From the NCBI GenBank assembly GCA_965602015.1, contig OZ271918.1:480001-544000 (forward strand): a stretch of DNA of 64,000 nucleotides, in the 5' to 3' direction. Positions 27,863 through 38,264 of this stretch are shown here, in pieces (positions within the stretch are counted from its first letter, which is position 1; every line of letters begins with the position of its first letter). The stretch comes from Salinispira sp. (GTDB taxonomy: Bacteria; Spirochaetota; Spirochaetia; DSM-27196; Salinispiraceae). The notes under the pieces are model-generated. The model made no database searches and was not told the origin of the DNA. It saw nothing but the letters and a program-made list of their open reading frames with translations. The position numbers were made by a program, and so were the translations under genes.

Positions 27863-28648
27863 ATGGAATACGCTAAGCATCTGTACATGACCCTGTACCC
27901 GAATAATGCGCTGATCGGCAGTCACCTCGAACCCGACCTTTTCGCCCGTCATTACACCAGCGGCTCCAGCAGGCATTACAGCGGTAAGGTTATCTTTGCC
28001 GAGGTGGATCCGGATTTCCGAAACGAGTACTTCCCCATCGACAAAGTCTATGAGGAACTGGTGCCCCACGAGGACGGCCGGCCCAAGGCGACCAAGTTTA
28101 TTAAATCCTACCGGGTGCTCGAGCACGTGGATTTCTCCGCCATCAAAAGACTCTACCTGGTCACCCAGGAGGGTCACTGCATGGGCCTTGATGCCGGGGA
28201 GCACAGCGCGGCTCACGAAAAAGATAAAATCCGCCTCTATGCGGAAATTACCCCCATGCGCATGATGGCCCTGTCGGAGCACGACTTTCCCACATTCGGC
28301 AGCTACATCACCGATCCCGAGCTTTCGAAATCCGCCCCGAAGCAGTTCTACACCCAGCTTGATATCGATCTGGTGGATTTTGTCGATCAGTTTGAACGGA
28401 ATCCCTTTGCCCCGAGTCCCGTGCGGAACATTCACCCCTCGACTCTTCGCGACGGCTTTTATGAACTCAAGAAATACATAGACAAGCATAACAAGGGGAT
28501 AGCCCTGGACAGCAACCTGGATTCTTTCAGCTTTGCCCTCATCAGGCACGGGTTTATGTTCGCTTCGCAGAATGAAACCCTCTTCTTCCCAATGCCCGAT
28601 TTGCAGGACATCGAAAAGACCAATTACAAATTCTGGCGGACCATGTAA
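27863..28648 (+). CDS. Hypothetical protein with internal two-fold repeat
   Basis: Clean ORF 2 nt after the hppA stop; no recognised family. Confidence 0.75.
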   Translation: MEYAKHLYMTLYPNNALIGSHLEPDLFARHYTSGSSRHYSGKVIFAEVDPDFRNEYFPIDKVYEELVPHEDGRPKATKFIKSYRVLEHVDFSAIKRLYLVTQEGHCMGLDAGEHSAAHEKDKIRLYAEITPMRMMALSEHDFPTFGSYITDPELSKSAPKQFYTQLDIDLVDFVDQFERNPFAPSPVRNIHPSTLRDGFYELKKYIDKHNKGIALDSNLDSFSFALIRHGFMFASQNETLFFPMPDLQDIEKTNYKFWRTM

Positions 28649-28658
28649 GGAGCCGGCT

Positions 28659-30005
28659 ATGAGCAACGCGAAGCAGCCCCGGGAATCCGGGGCCGCCGAG
28701 CTCCTGGGGCAAATATCCGCCGGAGCTTATGACCGGGTATTTCGTCGATTGTATCTTCCCGAGGCCCTGGAGGGGCAGCGGCGCAGGTACTCCCGTCTCA
28801 TCCAGGGACTCGGCGAAACCGCCGACGAGCCGGTTTTTCTCTTCTCGATTCCCGGACGCACTGAGTTGGGGGGAAACCATACGGATCATAATCTCGGAAA
28901 AGTTCTGGCCGCTTCGGTTCATCTGGATGCCGCCGCCGCGGCGGTCAAGCGGGATGACATGCTGGTCCGTCTCGAGAGTCAGGGCTACGGCGTAATCGAG
29001 CTGGACCTTAGCGACCTGGCCGTTCATCCGGATGAGAGGGAAACCAGCGCTTCGCTTGTCAGAGGCGTTGCCTCCTGGCTGAGCCAGAACGGATACCGCT
29101 TCGGCGGCTTTAGCGCTGCGGTTCACAGTCTGGTCCCCGGGGGGTCGGGGCTGTCGTCTTCAGCGGCGATCGAAGTCTGTTTTGCGCAGATATTCAACAG
29201 TCTGTATAACGGCGGAAGGATTTCCGCAGTGAACATGGCCATAGCCGGGCAATACGCCGAGAATGAATACTTTGGAAAACCATGCGGCCTAATGGATCAG
29301 ATCGCCTGCGCACACGGCGGGGTTGTGAAGATCGACTTCGAAGATCCCGACCGGCCCCTGGTGGAAGCGGTGGATGCGGACTTTGCCCGGGCGGAGCTTT
29401 TTTTGGGGATAGTGAATACCGGCGGAAGCCATGCCGATCTCACCGAAGACTATGCGGCGGTGCCCCGGGAAATGAAACAAGTGGCCCAAGCCATGGGTGG
29501 GGATGTACTGCGGCAAATTCCCCGGGAAGATTTTCTCCGGCGCCTGCCGGATTTAAGGAAGCTGACTGAGGTATCCGATAGGGCCTTGATGAGGGCCCTC
29601 CATTTCTATGCGGAAAATCAGCGGGTCGACTCCATGCTGGCCGCCCTGTCCGCCCGGCGATACGGGGATTACCTCAAGCTGGTGCGGGACTCCGGAAGGA
29701 GCTCGATGGCGGTGCTTCAGAACGTGACGCCATCGGGAGCCGTTGCCGAGCAGAACCTTGCAATAATTTCAAGCGCCCTCGCCGAAGAGTTCGGCGATGA
29801 CCTGGTCATCCGGGTGCACGGGGGCGGATTTGAAGGCAGTCTTCAATTTTACATCGGCTACGACCGGGCGGGGGAACTGCTAGAGTCTCTTGACCGATAT
29901 TGTGGTCCCGACTCGTATGAAATGCTGCACATTCGCGCAGACGGCGCGGTAAGCCTGTCTGCGCTTAAGGCGTCGCTCCCGGCAGATGAAGCCGGGAGGG
30001 ACTGA
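28659..30005 (+). CDS. galK: Galactokinase (GHMP kinase)
   Basis: [44 protein letters not shown] at 28659 behind AAGGAG. Confidence 0.85.
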   Translation: MSNAKQPRESGAAELLGQISAGAYDRVFRRLYLPEALEGQRRRYSRLIQGLGETADEPVFLFSIPGRTELGGNHTDHNLGKVLAASVHLDAAAAAVKRDDMLVRLESQGYGVIELDLSDLAVHPDERETSASLVRGVASWLSQNGYRFGGFSAAVHSLVPGGSGLSSSAAIEVCFAQIFNSLYNGGRISAVNMAIAGQYAENEYFGKPCGLMDQIACAHGGVVKIDFEDPDRPLVEAVDADFARAELFLGIVNTGGSHADLTEDYAAVPREMKQVAQAMGGDVLRQIPREDFLRRLPDLRKLTEVSDRALMRALHFYAENQRVDSMLAALSARRYGDYLKLVRDSGRSSMAVLQNVTPSGAVAEQNLAIISSALAEEFGDDLVIRVHGGGFEGSLQFYIGYDRAGELLESLDRYCGPDSYEMLHIRADGAVSLSALKASLPADEAGRD

Positions 30006-30028
30006 AGCAGGGAAGATCATTCCCGATA

Positions 30029-30337
30029 CTATTCTTCCTCGTAATTCCGCCGGCGCTTTCTGCCACGGGCCAGGCCCAAGCCTCCGAAACCGCTGACAAT
30101 GGCCATGTAGAACCCGAAGTCATACCAAAAGCCCGTATTGTTGATTTCGTACACGCTCAAATCACTGTTGAAGAGGCTGGCGACAAGACTGATCGGGGCA
30201 ATCCAGCCGTGCCAAATCCCCCAGAAAAACCCTGCGGGCTGGTCTACGCTGGCGCGTCCGTTCCCCGGCATACAGGAACTCATGCTGAGCACCATCAGGA
30301 CGACCATTGCCAAGGCTATCCATCGGAATTTTTTCAT
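30029..30337 (-). CDS. Small membrane lipoprotein, hypothetical
   Basis: Lipobox-like MSSC; GFFWGIWHGWIAP; YEINNTGFWYDFGF; GGAG SD. Confidence 0.75.
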   Translation of the reverse strand: MKKFRWIALAMVVLMVLSMSSCMPGNGRASVDQPAGFFWGIWHGWIAPISLVASLFNSDLSVYEINNTGFWYDFGFYMAIVSGFGGLGLARGRKRRRNYEEE

Positions 30338-30364
30338 TGAACACTCCTTTTTTATGTAACACCG

Positions 30365-31576
30365 CTAAGTAGTACTGCTGTCCCTCTGGAATATTCGCCC
30401 GGAAGCCAGATATTTTAGCGCCGATGTGGGGTTTTTGGGAAAAGTAAAAACCTGCAGGGCACCGGCGAAATAGAATTCCAGCTGATTTTGATATACCACA
30501 TTGAGGGCTGAAATATCCTTCCAGGGAAACATGCTCGTCATATTGTCTCCGCGAAAATGCATCCCCCGGGGACTGAGGCTCAGGCGCCCGGTGCCATGCT
30601 TTTTAAGGCTGTTGAACTTGAAGCCCGTGGAATACATGCTCGGCTCGTCGAAAAACAGTTCCTCTGACGATTGCTCCATCCTGAGAAGCTTAATGCGCTG
30701 TTCCAGTTCCTCGAGCTGCCAGCGGGACCAGTCGCGGATGCTCTCGAAGCGCAAGGGCATATTCCCCGACGGGCGAAACAAGCCATAACTGCCGAAGTTG
30801 GCCTCCCAACGGCATGAGCGGCAGACGAATCTGCGGCCCCTTCCCTCAAGACAGTTAATTCCCCGGCATTCGGGACAGATAAACAGGGACAACTGCAGAG
30901 GTTCTGCCGGCGCCGGGCTTATGTAGGGCTTCATCTGCTTTTTTTGATATTCATATTCATCGTGATGGATGGCCGCGCGAATGCGGTCGGCGATGTGCTC
31001 GTGATGCAGGGTTCGTATCTCATCGGCACCGACGGCTACTTTGTATTCAATGCACACCGGGCCTCTGCGGCTTGTGAAGGACCATCGGGGCATGCTGAGA
31101 AAGCCCCCTTTTATGACCGGCACCACCACCGGGACCTTTGCCAGCCGGGCCAGCTTTGCGGTGGCGGGTATGATGTCCAGGGTGACCCCGTCCCAGGTTC
31201 TCTCTCCCTCGGGAAACAGACCGACGGTATTGCCCGAGCGTATGAGCTGCATCATTTGCTTGAGAGTCGTCATATCCGTCGCCTGTTTCGACGTCGGGAT
31301 GGCTCCGACCCGGCGAAGCCACCACGACGCAATTCTGTTGCGGAAGTTCGCATCGGAAGCGATAAAATAAATGGGCTGTTTAATAAATATCGAAATCAAT
31401 ACGGGGTCCCAGGTCATCACGTGATTGGGAAGCACCAGCCAGGGCTGTGGGAGATTCTTAAGAGCGTCTAATCCCTGGGCGGTAAGAGAGTATCTCCACT
31501 TGAGATACCGGCCAAATGTCTGTCGTAAAATTGCGTGGAACCAGCGGTGGGCGCTGGTTTTCCGTCGTCGGTGCAT
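30365..31576 (-). CDS. Lysophospholipid acyltransferase (PlsC-like) with C-terminal CxxC...CxxC zinc ribbon
   Basis: NHVMTWD (HxxxxD), FPEGER..DG, CPEC...CRSC. Confidence 0.88.
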   Translation of the reverse strand: MHRRRKTSAHRWFHAILRQTFGRYLKWRYSLTAQGLDALKNLPQPWLVLPNHVMTWDPVLISIFIKQPIYFIASDANFRNRIASWWLRRVGAIPTSKQATDMTTLKQMMQLIRSGNTVGLFPEGERTWDGVTLDIIPATAKLARLAKVPVVVPVIKGGFLSMPRWSFTSRRGPVCIEYKVAVGADEIRTLHHEHIADRIRAAIHHDEYEYQKKQMKPYISPAPAEPLQLSLFICPECRGINCLEGRGRRFVCRSCRWEANFGSYGLFRPSGNMPLRFESIRDWSRWQLEELEQRIKLLRMEQSSEELFFDEPSMYSTGFKFNSLKKHGTGRLSLSPRGMHFRGDNMTSMFPWKDISALNVVYQNQLEFYFAGALQVFTFPKNPTSALKYLASGRIFQRDSSTT

Positions 31577-31632
31577 GAGAGATCCTGTTTTTTTAAAAGT
31601 TTTCGCGGCTGGTGGATTATACCATCAGAGGG

Positions 31633-32529
31633 TTAATCCCACAGTAATTCTTCTGCGGCGGCTGTGAGGTTTCGGTCCGCATTGATATCAGTAACCCGTT
31701 GGAGGTCCGCATTGCGCCGGGAGCGGTCTCCCGCGGCGGCATATGCCATTGCCCGGAAATAGTAAGCCTGCTGAAGAATTATCGCCGGAGCTTCGGCATC
31801 ACCAATCAGTTCGCCGAGTATTTCAACCGCCTTCTCCGGCTCTCCGGCTTTTATATAGAGCTCGGCGTTGCTTACGGTAAAATAGCGCTGGAGTTCGCGC
31901 TCTTCCGGAGAAAACGACACCTCATCGTAGAGTTCCCGCCCCTCTGAGAGATTGCCCCGGAGGACCGCCGCGTAGCCCAGATAATAACTGGCTTCACTCA
32001 AGCGCTGTTCGGGGGCAGAAAAATACGCTTCCTCAAAGGCGAAATATGCACCATCGATGTCCCCATTGGCAACTGCCGCCAGACCCTCGGAAAAAAGCTG
32101 GTCGACGTCGCCGGATGCCCAGCTCAGGTCGCTCTCGTCGGCCCGGTCCGCCCGTACTCCCGCGGTGGCCGTGGAGCTTCTCAGGTTTTCTTCCCGTGCC
32201 TGGAGGTTTTGCAGCCGGCGCGAGAGTCCCCCGAGGACTCCCGTCGAGTTACCCTCTGAGGCGGCCGAGTAGAGCCGCCTGAGCAGAAACCTTCCTTCGG
32301 AGGACAAGAAAATTCTCGATCCGTTAAACTCAAGCTCCAGCAGGGCACCGCTTTCCAGTTCAACCTGGGAATCAATCGGAAGCCGATCGCCGATATCCAC
32401 GCTCCGGGCGCCATTGCTGAGGTATACAAGGACATTTCCGTCGACCCATACGGCGTTCATATTCTGGGCATTGATAGCAAGAGACAGGCAAATCAGAAAC
32501 AGGGCTAAAATCACTATTCGACGGTTCAT
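31633..32529 (-). CDS. Exported FecR-like N-terminal + TPR protein
   Basis: Signal peptide MNRRIVILALFLICLSLAINA, beta-rich region ending TATAGVRA, then TPR-like helices. Confidence 0.65.
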   Translation of the reverse strand: MNRRIVILALFLICLSLAINAQNMNAVWVDGNVLVYLSNGARSVDIGDRLPIDSQVELESGALLELEFNGSRIFLSSEGRFLLRRLYSAASEGNSTGVLGGLSRRLQNLQAREENLRSSTATAGVRADRADESDLSWASGDVDQLFSEGLAAVANGDIDGAYFAFEEAYFSAPEQRLSEASYYLGYAAVLRGNLSEGRELYDEVSFSPEERELQRYFTVSNAELYIKAGEPEKAVEILGELIGDAEAPAIILQQAYYFRAMAYAAAGDRSRRNADLQRVTDINADRNLTAAAEELLWD

Positions 32530-32646
32530 ACTATAGACCATATACCCGCGGGGACCGATTAACAAGGCGGAACCGGGCGACCGCGGCAAAACCGCGGCCG
32601 GCCCGGAGATAAACTGCCCTGAGCCCGGGGTGTGAAAATCGCACTC

Positions 32647-35355
32647 TTACTCCAGTCGGATTATCGCCGTATCATCCATTATCAGCGGGTCGAGCTCGAA
32701 ATCTCCCCCGCCGAAAATATAGGCGTCGGGGGCAGACTGGAGCAGCCTGTTGGCGCTTTCAAGGCCGTCGTAGTCCCAGGTGGTCACGTAGATTTGAAAA
32801 CCCTCCAGGCTCCGGGGATAATCCAGGCCCGATCCCTCTAATGAAAACACAATGGTTCTGCGCTCTTCATCGACGGTGACTCCCAGGGGACTGTTGAGTG
32901 CCGTGCCGTAACTGTCGGCCCCGGCTCCCCGGGCGGAATACAGGCTGCTGTGCCATCCACCGGCCATCATCATCACATCCCAGTCAAAGCCCTCAGGGGT
33001 CTGGCTGTTTTGGAAGGGTAGGGCGTTTGCGCCGGTCTTTTCCGGATCGTCAAAATACACGTAGAAATACACATGGTCAAAACCATTTTGGGGATCCCAT
33101 ACCGTGGAAATTTCTCCAGCGGTGGTGATTTCCAGGCGGATATTTGTTCCAGCCCGGTATACCGCCACCCGTTCAATATCCATTTGATTCGTGAAGCTTT
33201 CGTGAAGCGGGTATTCGTATCTGCCCTCGGGGCCGCTGTCGTCCCCCAGTTCGTCCTCCAGCACCTCAGCCAGGAAGTACTCCAGGTCGATTGTAAGGGG
33301 GTAGCGGGGAGAACTCACCAGTGCGCCGGTGGAATCCCGGCCGATAAGCGCCAGATTATGAGCGCCGTTTGCATAGTTTTCCGCGGGAAACAGCACGCTG
33401 AACTCACCGGACCCATCCGCCTCGACCGGAACGGACTGTGCCAAATTGCCGTCGATGACCAGCAGCAGGTCGTCGGAGACCGTACTGCGTCCCCGCAGCA
33501 TAAGATTTCCGGTAACCGTCGGATTGCCGGTGATATTTTCGATGCTGATGACCTCGCTGGCTTCGGTGCCGGCGGCCGCCGGGGCTCCGGGCTTGAGAAC
33601 CAGGGCGGACTTTCCCGGAAGAATAATATCGATCCTTCCCCGGGAATCGCTTACCAGGTTGTCGGCGTCGTTTCTAAGGGCATAGCGCACATCAAGATAA
33701 AACGATCCGCCCAGGCCGGTGTCAAGATCAGTCGCCAGGAAATCGTGGGAGGCGGTGTTTATGATGACGATGCTTTTATCATCGCCCTCTTCGAGGGCGT
33801 AGGCAAGCAGACCGGCTCCGCTGTTGTTCGCCCCCAGAGCCCGATACCGTCCGCGGCGGAATTCCGGGAGCAGGCTGCGCATTTCGCTTAACCCGGCGAT
33901 GTAGCGGTAGGTGGGGCTTTCGCTGTCGAACCAGTCCCGTCCGCCCGAGGCGAAACCGTTTGCAAACATCGCCTGCCGGGTTTCGCTGAACTGCTGTTCG
34001 GTGCCGTAATAGACAATGGGGATTCCCGGGGCCGTGAAAAGGTACAGCAGGGCGAGCTCCATATCCTGTACGTTCGCAATGGACATAAAGCGGTCCATAT
34101 CGTGATTATCGATGAAGGTGTAGAGGTAATTGGGGTCGCCGTAGTGCTCATAGGCCTTTTCCATGCGGTAGTGAAGGCGGTCCGTATTGCCCCCGCCGGC
34201 GAACACAGCGCGGATTTCCGTGTTGAGGGTGAAATTCAGCATGGAAACCAGGGCGGGATCATCTTCGCTTCCCATGTACGCGGCAATCTGCCGGTCGGCC
34301 TCGTCATCGTATGCCGCGGTTCCGATCCACGCCTCTCCGAAGGTGACAAAGCCGTCTTTGCCTAACGAGCGGGCAAGGGGAATGATTCCCGGAGCATCAT
34401 TATCATCCGAATAGTGGAAATCGGTGAAGAAATCCAGAGGAATATATTTCACCGTATCGATGCGGAAGCCGTCTACCCCGACCTTTTCTATCCAGTACCC
34501 GTAGCTCTCCCTCAGAGCCCGGCGAACCATCGGGTTCTCCGTGTTGATATCATCGAGATCGGACAGTTGATAGTTGAGAAGCTGGCTTTCCACATTGTAG
34601 TTTGAAATCGGGCCGGTCCAATGGTAGGCGTCGATTTCAACGGCTTCGGGATCCCGCGGGTCATTCATGTTGAAGGGAAACTGACGAGGCGCATAGCGGG
34701 GAACATAATTCTCGTTCGGCACATAGTTGCGTTCCGGCCGGGCCTGGCTGGAAAGACCGCTGTAGGTGAAAAAGTTGCCTGTATGGTTCGGCACGATGTC
34801 CTGAATGAGGTACATGCCGTTGCGGTGGAGGCTGGCGGACAGGAGCTGATAGTCCCGGAGGCTTCCCTTGTGGGCATCGACTTTCATAAAGTGCTCGCCC
34901 CAATATCCGTGATACCCCCCGTAATTCACCATGTAGTCGTACCACTGATTGGCTACCGGCGGGGTAATCCACACCGCGCTGGCCCCCAGGCCCTTGATGT
35001 AGTCGATATTATCGGTAATGCCCTGAAGGTCTCCACCGGAGTAATGGCTGTTTCTTCCCGGATCGTATTCTCCCGCGCCCTGATCCGAGTTGCGGGGATT
35101 GCCGTCGTCGAAACGGTCAGTCATTATGAAATACACAACCTGATCGCGCCAGTCCGGACTGGGAACATGGAGATAGTCGTCGATTTCATCCCGGGCGACG
35201 GTTTTTACCGGAACTACCTGAGCTCGTTCCTCACGACTGATCCACCCGGGCCGTTGATCCGGACTGTCGGGACCCGTTGTGCAGGAAGCAAGCATTATGA
35301 GGGCAAGCATCCAAAACATGCCTCTTTTCATTCGCCGATTCATCATAGTTTTCAT
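32647..35355 (-). CDS. GH13 alpha-amylase family lipoprotein with C-terminal glucodextranase/DOMON-like domain
   Basis: Lipobox LASC; YFIMTDRFDDG, GGDLQG, YHGYW, DIVPNH, DGFRIDTVK, GEAW, FIDNHD; C-terminal D..GDD.GP.G.Y.YP. Confidence 0.9.
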   Translation of the reverse strand: MKTMMNRRMKRGMFWMLALIMLASCTTGPDSPDQRPGWISREERAQVVPVKTVARDEIDDYLHVPSPDWRDQVVYFIMTDRFDDGNPRNSDQGAGEYDPGRNSHYSGGDLQGITDNIDYIKGLGASAVWITPPVANQWYDYMVNYGGYHGYWGEHFMKVDAHKGSLRDYQLLSASLHRNGMYLIQDIVPNHTGNFFTYSGLSSQARPERNYVPNENYVPRYAPRQFPFNMNDPRDPEAVEIDAYHWTGPISNYNVESQLLNYQLSDLDDINTENPMVRRALRESYGYWIEKVGVDGFRIDTVKYIPLDFFTDFHYSDDNDAPGIIPLARSLGKDGFVTFGEAWIGTAAYDDEADRQIAAYMGSEDDPALVSMLNFTLNTEIRAVFAGGGNTDRLHYRMEKAYEHYGDPNYLYTFIDNHDMDRFMSIANVQDMELALLYLFTAPGIPIVYYGTEQQFSETRQAMFANGFASGGRDWFDSESPTYRYIAGLSEMRSLLPEFRRGRYRALGANNSGAGLLAYALEEGDDKSIVIINTASHDFLATDLDTGLGGSFYLDVRYALRNDADNLVSDSRGRIDIILPGKSALVLKPGAPAAAGTEASEVISIENITGNPTVTGNLMLRGRSTVSDDLLLVIDGNLAQSVPVEADGSGEFSVLFPAENYANGAHNLALIGRDSTGALVSSPRYPLTIDLEYFLAEVLEDELGDDSGPEGRYEYPLHESFTNQMDIERVAVYRAGTNIRLEITTAGEISTVWDPQNGFDHVYFYVYFDDPEKTGANALPFQNSQTPEGFDWDVMMMAGGWHSSLYSARGAGADSYGTALNSPLGVTVDEERRTIVFSLEGSGLDYPRSLEGFQIYVTTWDYDGLESANRLLQSAPDAYIFGGGDFELDPLIMDDTAIIRLE

Positions 35356-35527
35356 TAAGTTCTCCCGATTGCCCGCTGGCAGTATCCCGGTTTTAAACCC
35401 AGACACTGACTAAGACAGTAGGTGGTGCCCTTCGTTTTTGTCAAGAAAATTCCAATGAGTATAGTGCTTCAATAAAAAAGCCCTCCTGCCATGGCGGGAT
35501 CGGGGCCCGCCGATGTAGTATGGAAAC

Positions 35528-37153
35528 ATGAAATTCGACAGACTATACAATCCCTATCCGTCAATCCGGAACCCTATCGTCGCCTCCAATGGTATGGTTG
35601 CCACCAGTCATCCCGCGGCGGCAGACATCGGGCTCGATGTGCTAAAGGCCGGCGGGAACGCCGTGGATGCAGCCATAGCCGCAGCAGCTTCCCTTGCGGT
35701 GCTCGAACCGACCTCCAACGGTCTCGGCGGCGACTGTTTTGCCATCATCCATGACGGAAAGTCTCTATACGGTTTGAACGCCAGCGGGTGGAGCCCTTCT
35801 GGCCTCAGCGCAGAAAGCCTGGCATCAGCCGGCAAGAGCGCTATTTCGCCCTTCGGATGGGATGCGGTAACCGTACCCGGGGCCATGTCCGGCTGGCATG
35901 AGCTGGGCAGGCGTTTTGGCAGCCGCAAACCCGCAGAGCTCCTGTCCGGGCTCATCGACCGTTTTGAGAAGGGGCTTCCTGTGCCTCCCACGGTGGCGGC
36001 CAACTGGAAACGGGCGCATCAGACATACAAACGGGTACTATCCGACGGAGACGGAGCGATTCCCGGACATTTTCGACATTGGTTTGAACATTTTGCCCCC
36101 GGCGGGTCCACTCCCGCGGCCGGTGATGTATGGACCAGCGGCGATCAGATCAAAACCCTCAAAATTCTGGCGGATGAAGGTTTCGAAAGCCTCTACCGGG
36201 GCAGCCTGGCACAAAGGCTGGTGGAGTTTTCGAAAAACACCGGCGGATACCTGACAACTGAAGATGTGGCAGAGTACCGAGCCCGCTGGGTCGAACCTAT
36301 ATCGATGGAGTACCGGGGACATGAGATTTGGGAAATCCCCCCAAACGGTCAGGGAATTACCGCTCTCATGGCCCTGGGCATTCTCGGCGGGGACTCATTG
36401 AAGGCCCCCGGCAGCCCCGATGACACACACCGGGGAATCGAGGCAATCAAGCTCGCATTCGCCGACAGCATGACCTATGTTTCGGATCCCCGGGAAATGA
36501 GCCGAAGCTCCGCCGACCTTCTCAACCGGGACTACCTGGAATCAAGGAGGGCCCTCATCGGTGAGCACGCCCTTGAGCCGGCCCCGGGAATACCGCCGAA
36601 GGGCGGGACGGTGTATCTGGCCACCGCCGATAAAAACGGAATGATGGTCAGTTTTATACAGAGTAATTACATGGGCTTTGGCAGCGGTTTAGTAATACCC
36701 GGTACGGGAATATCGCTTCAGAACCGGGGACACAACTTCACTCTGGAGGAGGGGCATGAAAACCGCCTGGAGGGGAGAAAGTATCCGTTCCACACCATCA
36801 TTCCGGGGTTTATCACCCGGGGGAACAAGGCTGTCGGGCCATTCGGGGTAATGGGGGGATTTATGCAGCCCCAGGGGCATCTTCAAGTCATTCAGAACAT
36901 GCTCGACTATGGTCTGAATCCCCAGGCAGCCCTCGACGCCCCCCGCTGGCAATGGATGAAAAACCGCCAGGTCATGCTCGAACCGGATTTTCATCCGTCC
37001 CTTGCCTCAGAGCTGGGCCGAAGGGGACATGAAGTGAGCATCGAAGGCAATTACGGACATTTCGGGCGTGGACAGATAATCCTCCGGGGAGAAAACGGCG
37101 TGTATACCGCCGGAACCGAAAAACGCTGCGACGGCTATATCGCCGCCTATTGA
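35528..37153 (+). CDS. ggt: Gamma-glutamyltransferase family protein (cytoplasmic, YwrD-like)
   Basis: GGNAVDAAIA, VPGAMSGW, PPNGQG, GGTVYLA (Thr nucleophile), SNYMGFGSG, PFHTIIP, GVMGGFMQPQG; no signal peptide. Confidence 0.9.
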   Translation: MKFDRLYNPYPSIRNPIVASNGMVATSHPAAADIGLDVLKAGGNAVDAAIAAAASLAVLEPTSNGLGGDCFAIIHDGKSLYGLNASGWSPSGLSAESLASAGKSAISPFGWDAVTVPGAMSGWHELGRRFGSRKPAELLSGLIDRFEKGLPVPPTVAANWKRAHQTYKRVLSDGDGAIPGHFRHWFEHFAPGGSTPAAGDVWTSGDQIKTLKILADEGFESLYRGSLAQRLVEFSKNTGGYLTTEDVAEYRARWVEPISMEYRGHEIWEIPPNGQGITALMALGILGGDSLKAPGSPDDTHRGIEAIKLAFADSMTYVSDPREMSRSSADLLNRDYLESRRALIGEHALEPAPGIPPKGGTVYLATADKNGMMVSFIQSNYMGFGSGLVIPGTGISLQNRGHNFTLEEGHENRLEGRKYPFHTIIPGFITRGNKAVGPFGVMGGFMQPQGHLQVIQNMLDYGLNPQAALDAPRWQWMKNRQVMLEPDFHPSLASELGRRGHEVSIEGNYGHFGRGQIILRGENGVYTAGTEKRCDGYIAAY

Positions 37154-37181
37154 GGGGCGATGAGGGGCGGTGGCCCCCCCC

Positions 37182-38162
37182 CTATCGATAATCCTCCCGG
37201 AAAATGCTCATGTACAGTTCCGGCCGGTAGGCCTTGAGGACCAGGAGTGCCCGGTAACTGTTCATGGGGCTCGGCCCCCCGGGTTTTTCCATGTCGAAGA
37301 AGACCCGTCCCGAGTGTTTTCCCTGATTCGGCCACAATCCGTCGCTGCGCTGTTTTCCGATGAGGATGTCGAGGGCCTCCTCCATGCGGCTGTCATAGGG
37401 CAGGCCGATCCGCGCCATAAACACCAGTCCGCGCAGAATGTCGTATTTCCAGCGATTGGGAAAGGACAGCAGGGTGAGGCGCTTGTCAAAAATCTCTCCG
37501 TCGTGCTCCGAGCGAAACAGCCGCTTGCGCAGAAGAAACTCCGCCCCGCCCAGAATGGCCCGGTCAATTTCTTCTCTCCTATATGGAGCGCCCATGCGGC
37601 GGTACTCATCCAGGCCCTCGATGACGCTGATGGTACTGTGGACCGAGCCTTTTGTGCTTCCCCGGTACATATCGCAGTTAAAGCCGCCGTTGGGCATGAC
37701 CGATTCCAGTAAATAATCGATGATTTGCCTGCCGGTATTGCCGTTCCGTCCTCCGTAGCTGTACAGCCCCAGGAGCATACCGCTTATGCACACATCCTGA
37801 CGGGAGTACCGGTCCTTTGCGTTGAGGTCCCGGCTTCCGAGCTTAAGTCCCTCTTCGCCCCACACGTGCTCCACCAGGCCGTCCAAGGCTTTGGCGAATA
37901 TCGCGTTGTCGCCGGGGACCGCCAGGTCCTTTAATGTCATAAGGGTGTAATGGGTGCTGATCCATTTCGGGCCGTACCAACCGCCTCCCCAGGTGCCGCT
38001 TGCGTTGTCGAATTCCTCAAGAAAGCGCTTTCCCCAGCCTTCCATTCCCAGCCGCCGTCGGATCGCCCGGATGCGCACTTCAGGGGTGTTGCCCAACAGA
38101 TCCCGGTAGCTCAGGTACTGGACGGAAATATCGCTTTCAATCAAGTGGTCAATAATCAGCAT
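37182..38162 (-). CDS. Prenyltransferase/squalene cyclase-like alpha-alpha barrel hypothetical protein
   Basis: G.WGGGWY.PKW.STHYTL, MPNGGFNC, S.HSTI, FP.RWKYD.LRGL, QRSDGLW. Start at 38162; the longer ORF is a shadow of DUF3095. Confidence 0.7.
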   Translation of the reverse strand: MLIIDHLIESDISVQYLSYRDLLGNTPEVRIRAIRRRLGMEGWGKRFLEEFDNASGTWGGGWYGPKWISTHYTLMTLKDLAVPGDNAIFAKALDGLVEHVWGEEGLKLGSRDLNAKDRYSRQDVCISGMLLGLYSYGGRNGNTGRQIIDYLLESVMPNGGFNCDMYRGSTKGSVHSTISVIEGLDEYRRMGAPYRREEIDRAILGGAEFLLRKRLFRSEHDGEIFDKRLTLLSFPNRWKYDILRGLVFMARIGLPYDSRMEEALDILIGKQRSDGLWPNQGKHSGRVFFDMEKPGGPSPMNSYRALLVLKAYRPELYMSIFREDYR

Positions 38163-38264
38163 GCTTTGGTATCCTCGAAGCATTGTACCCGCAGATTGCC
38201 CGCTGGGGAACCGGAAGAAAATAGCCTGTCGTCTCCGGGGCTTCCGGGATACAATGGTGCCACT

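Noticed and set aside
27470..28666. 398-aa minus-strand ORF
   Set aside because: Antisense to hppA and the following gene; no recognisable motifs.
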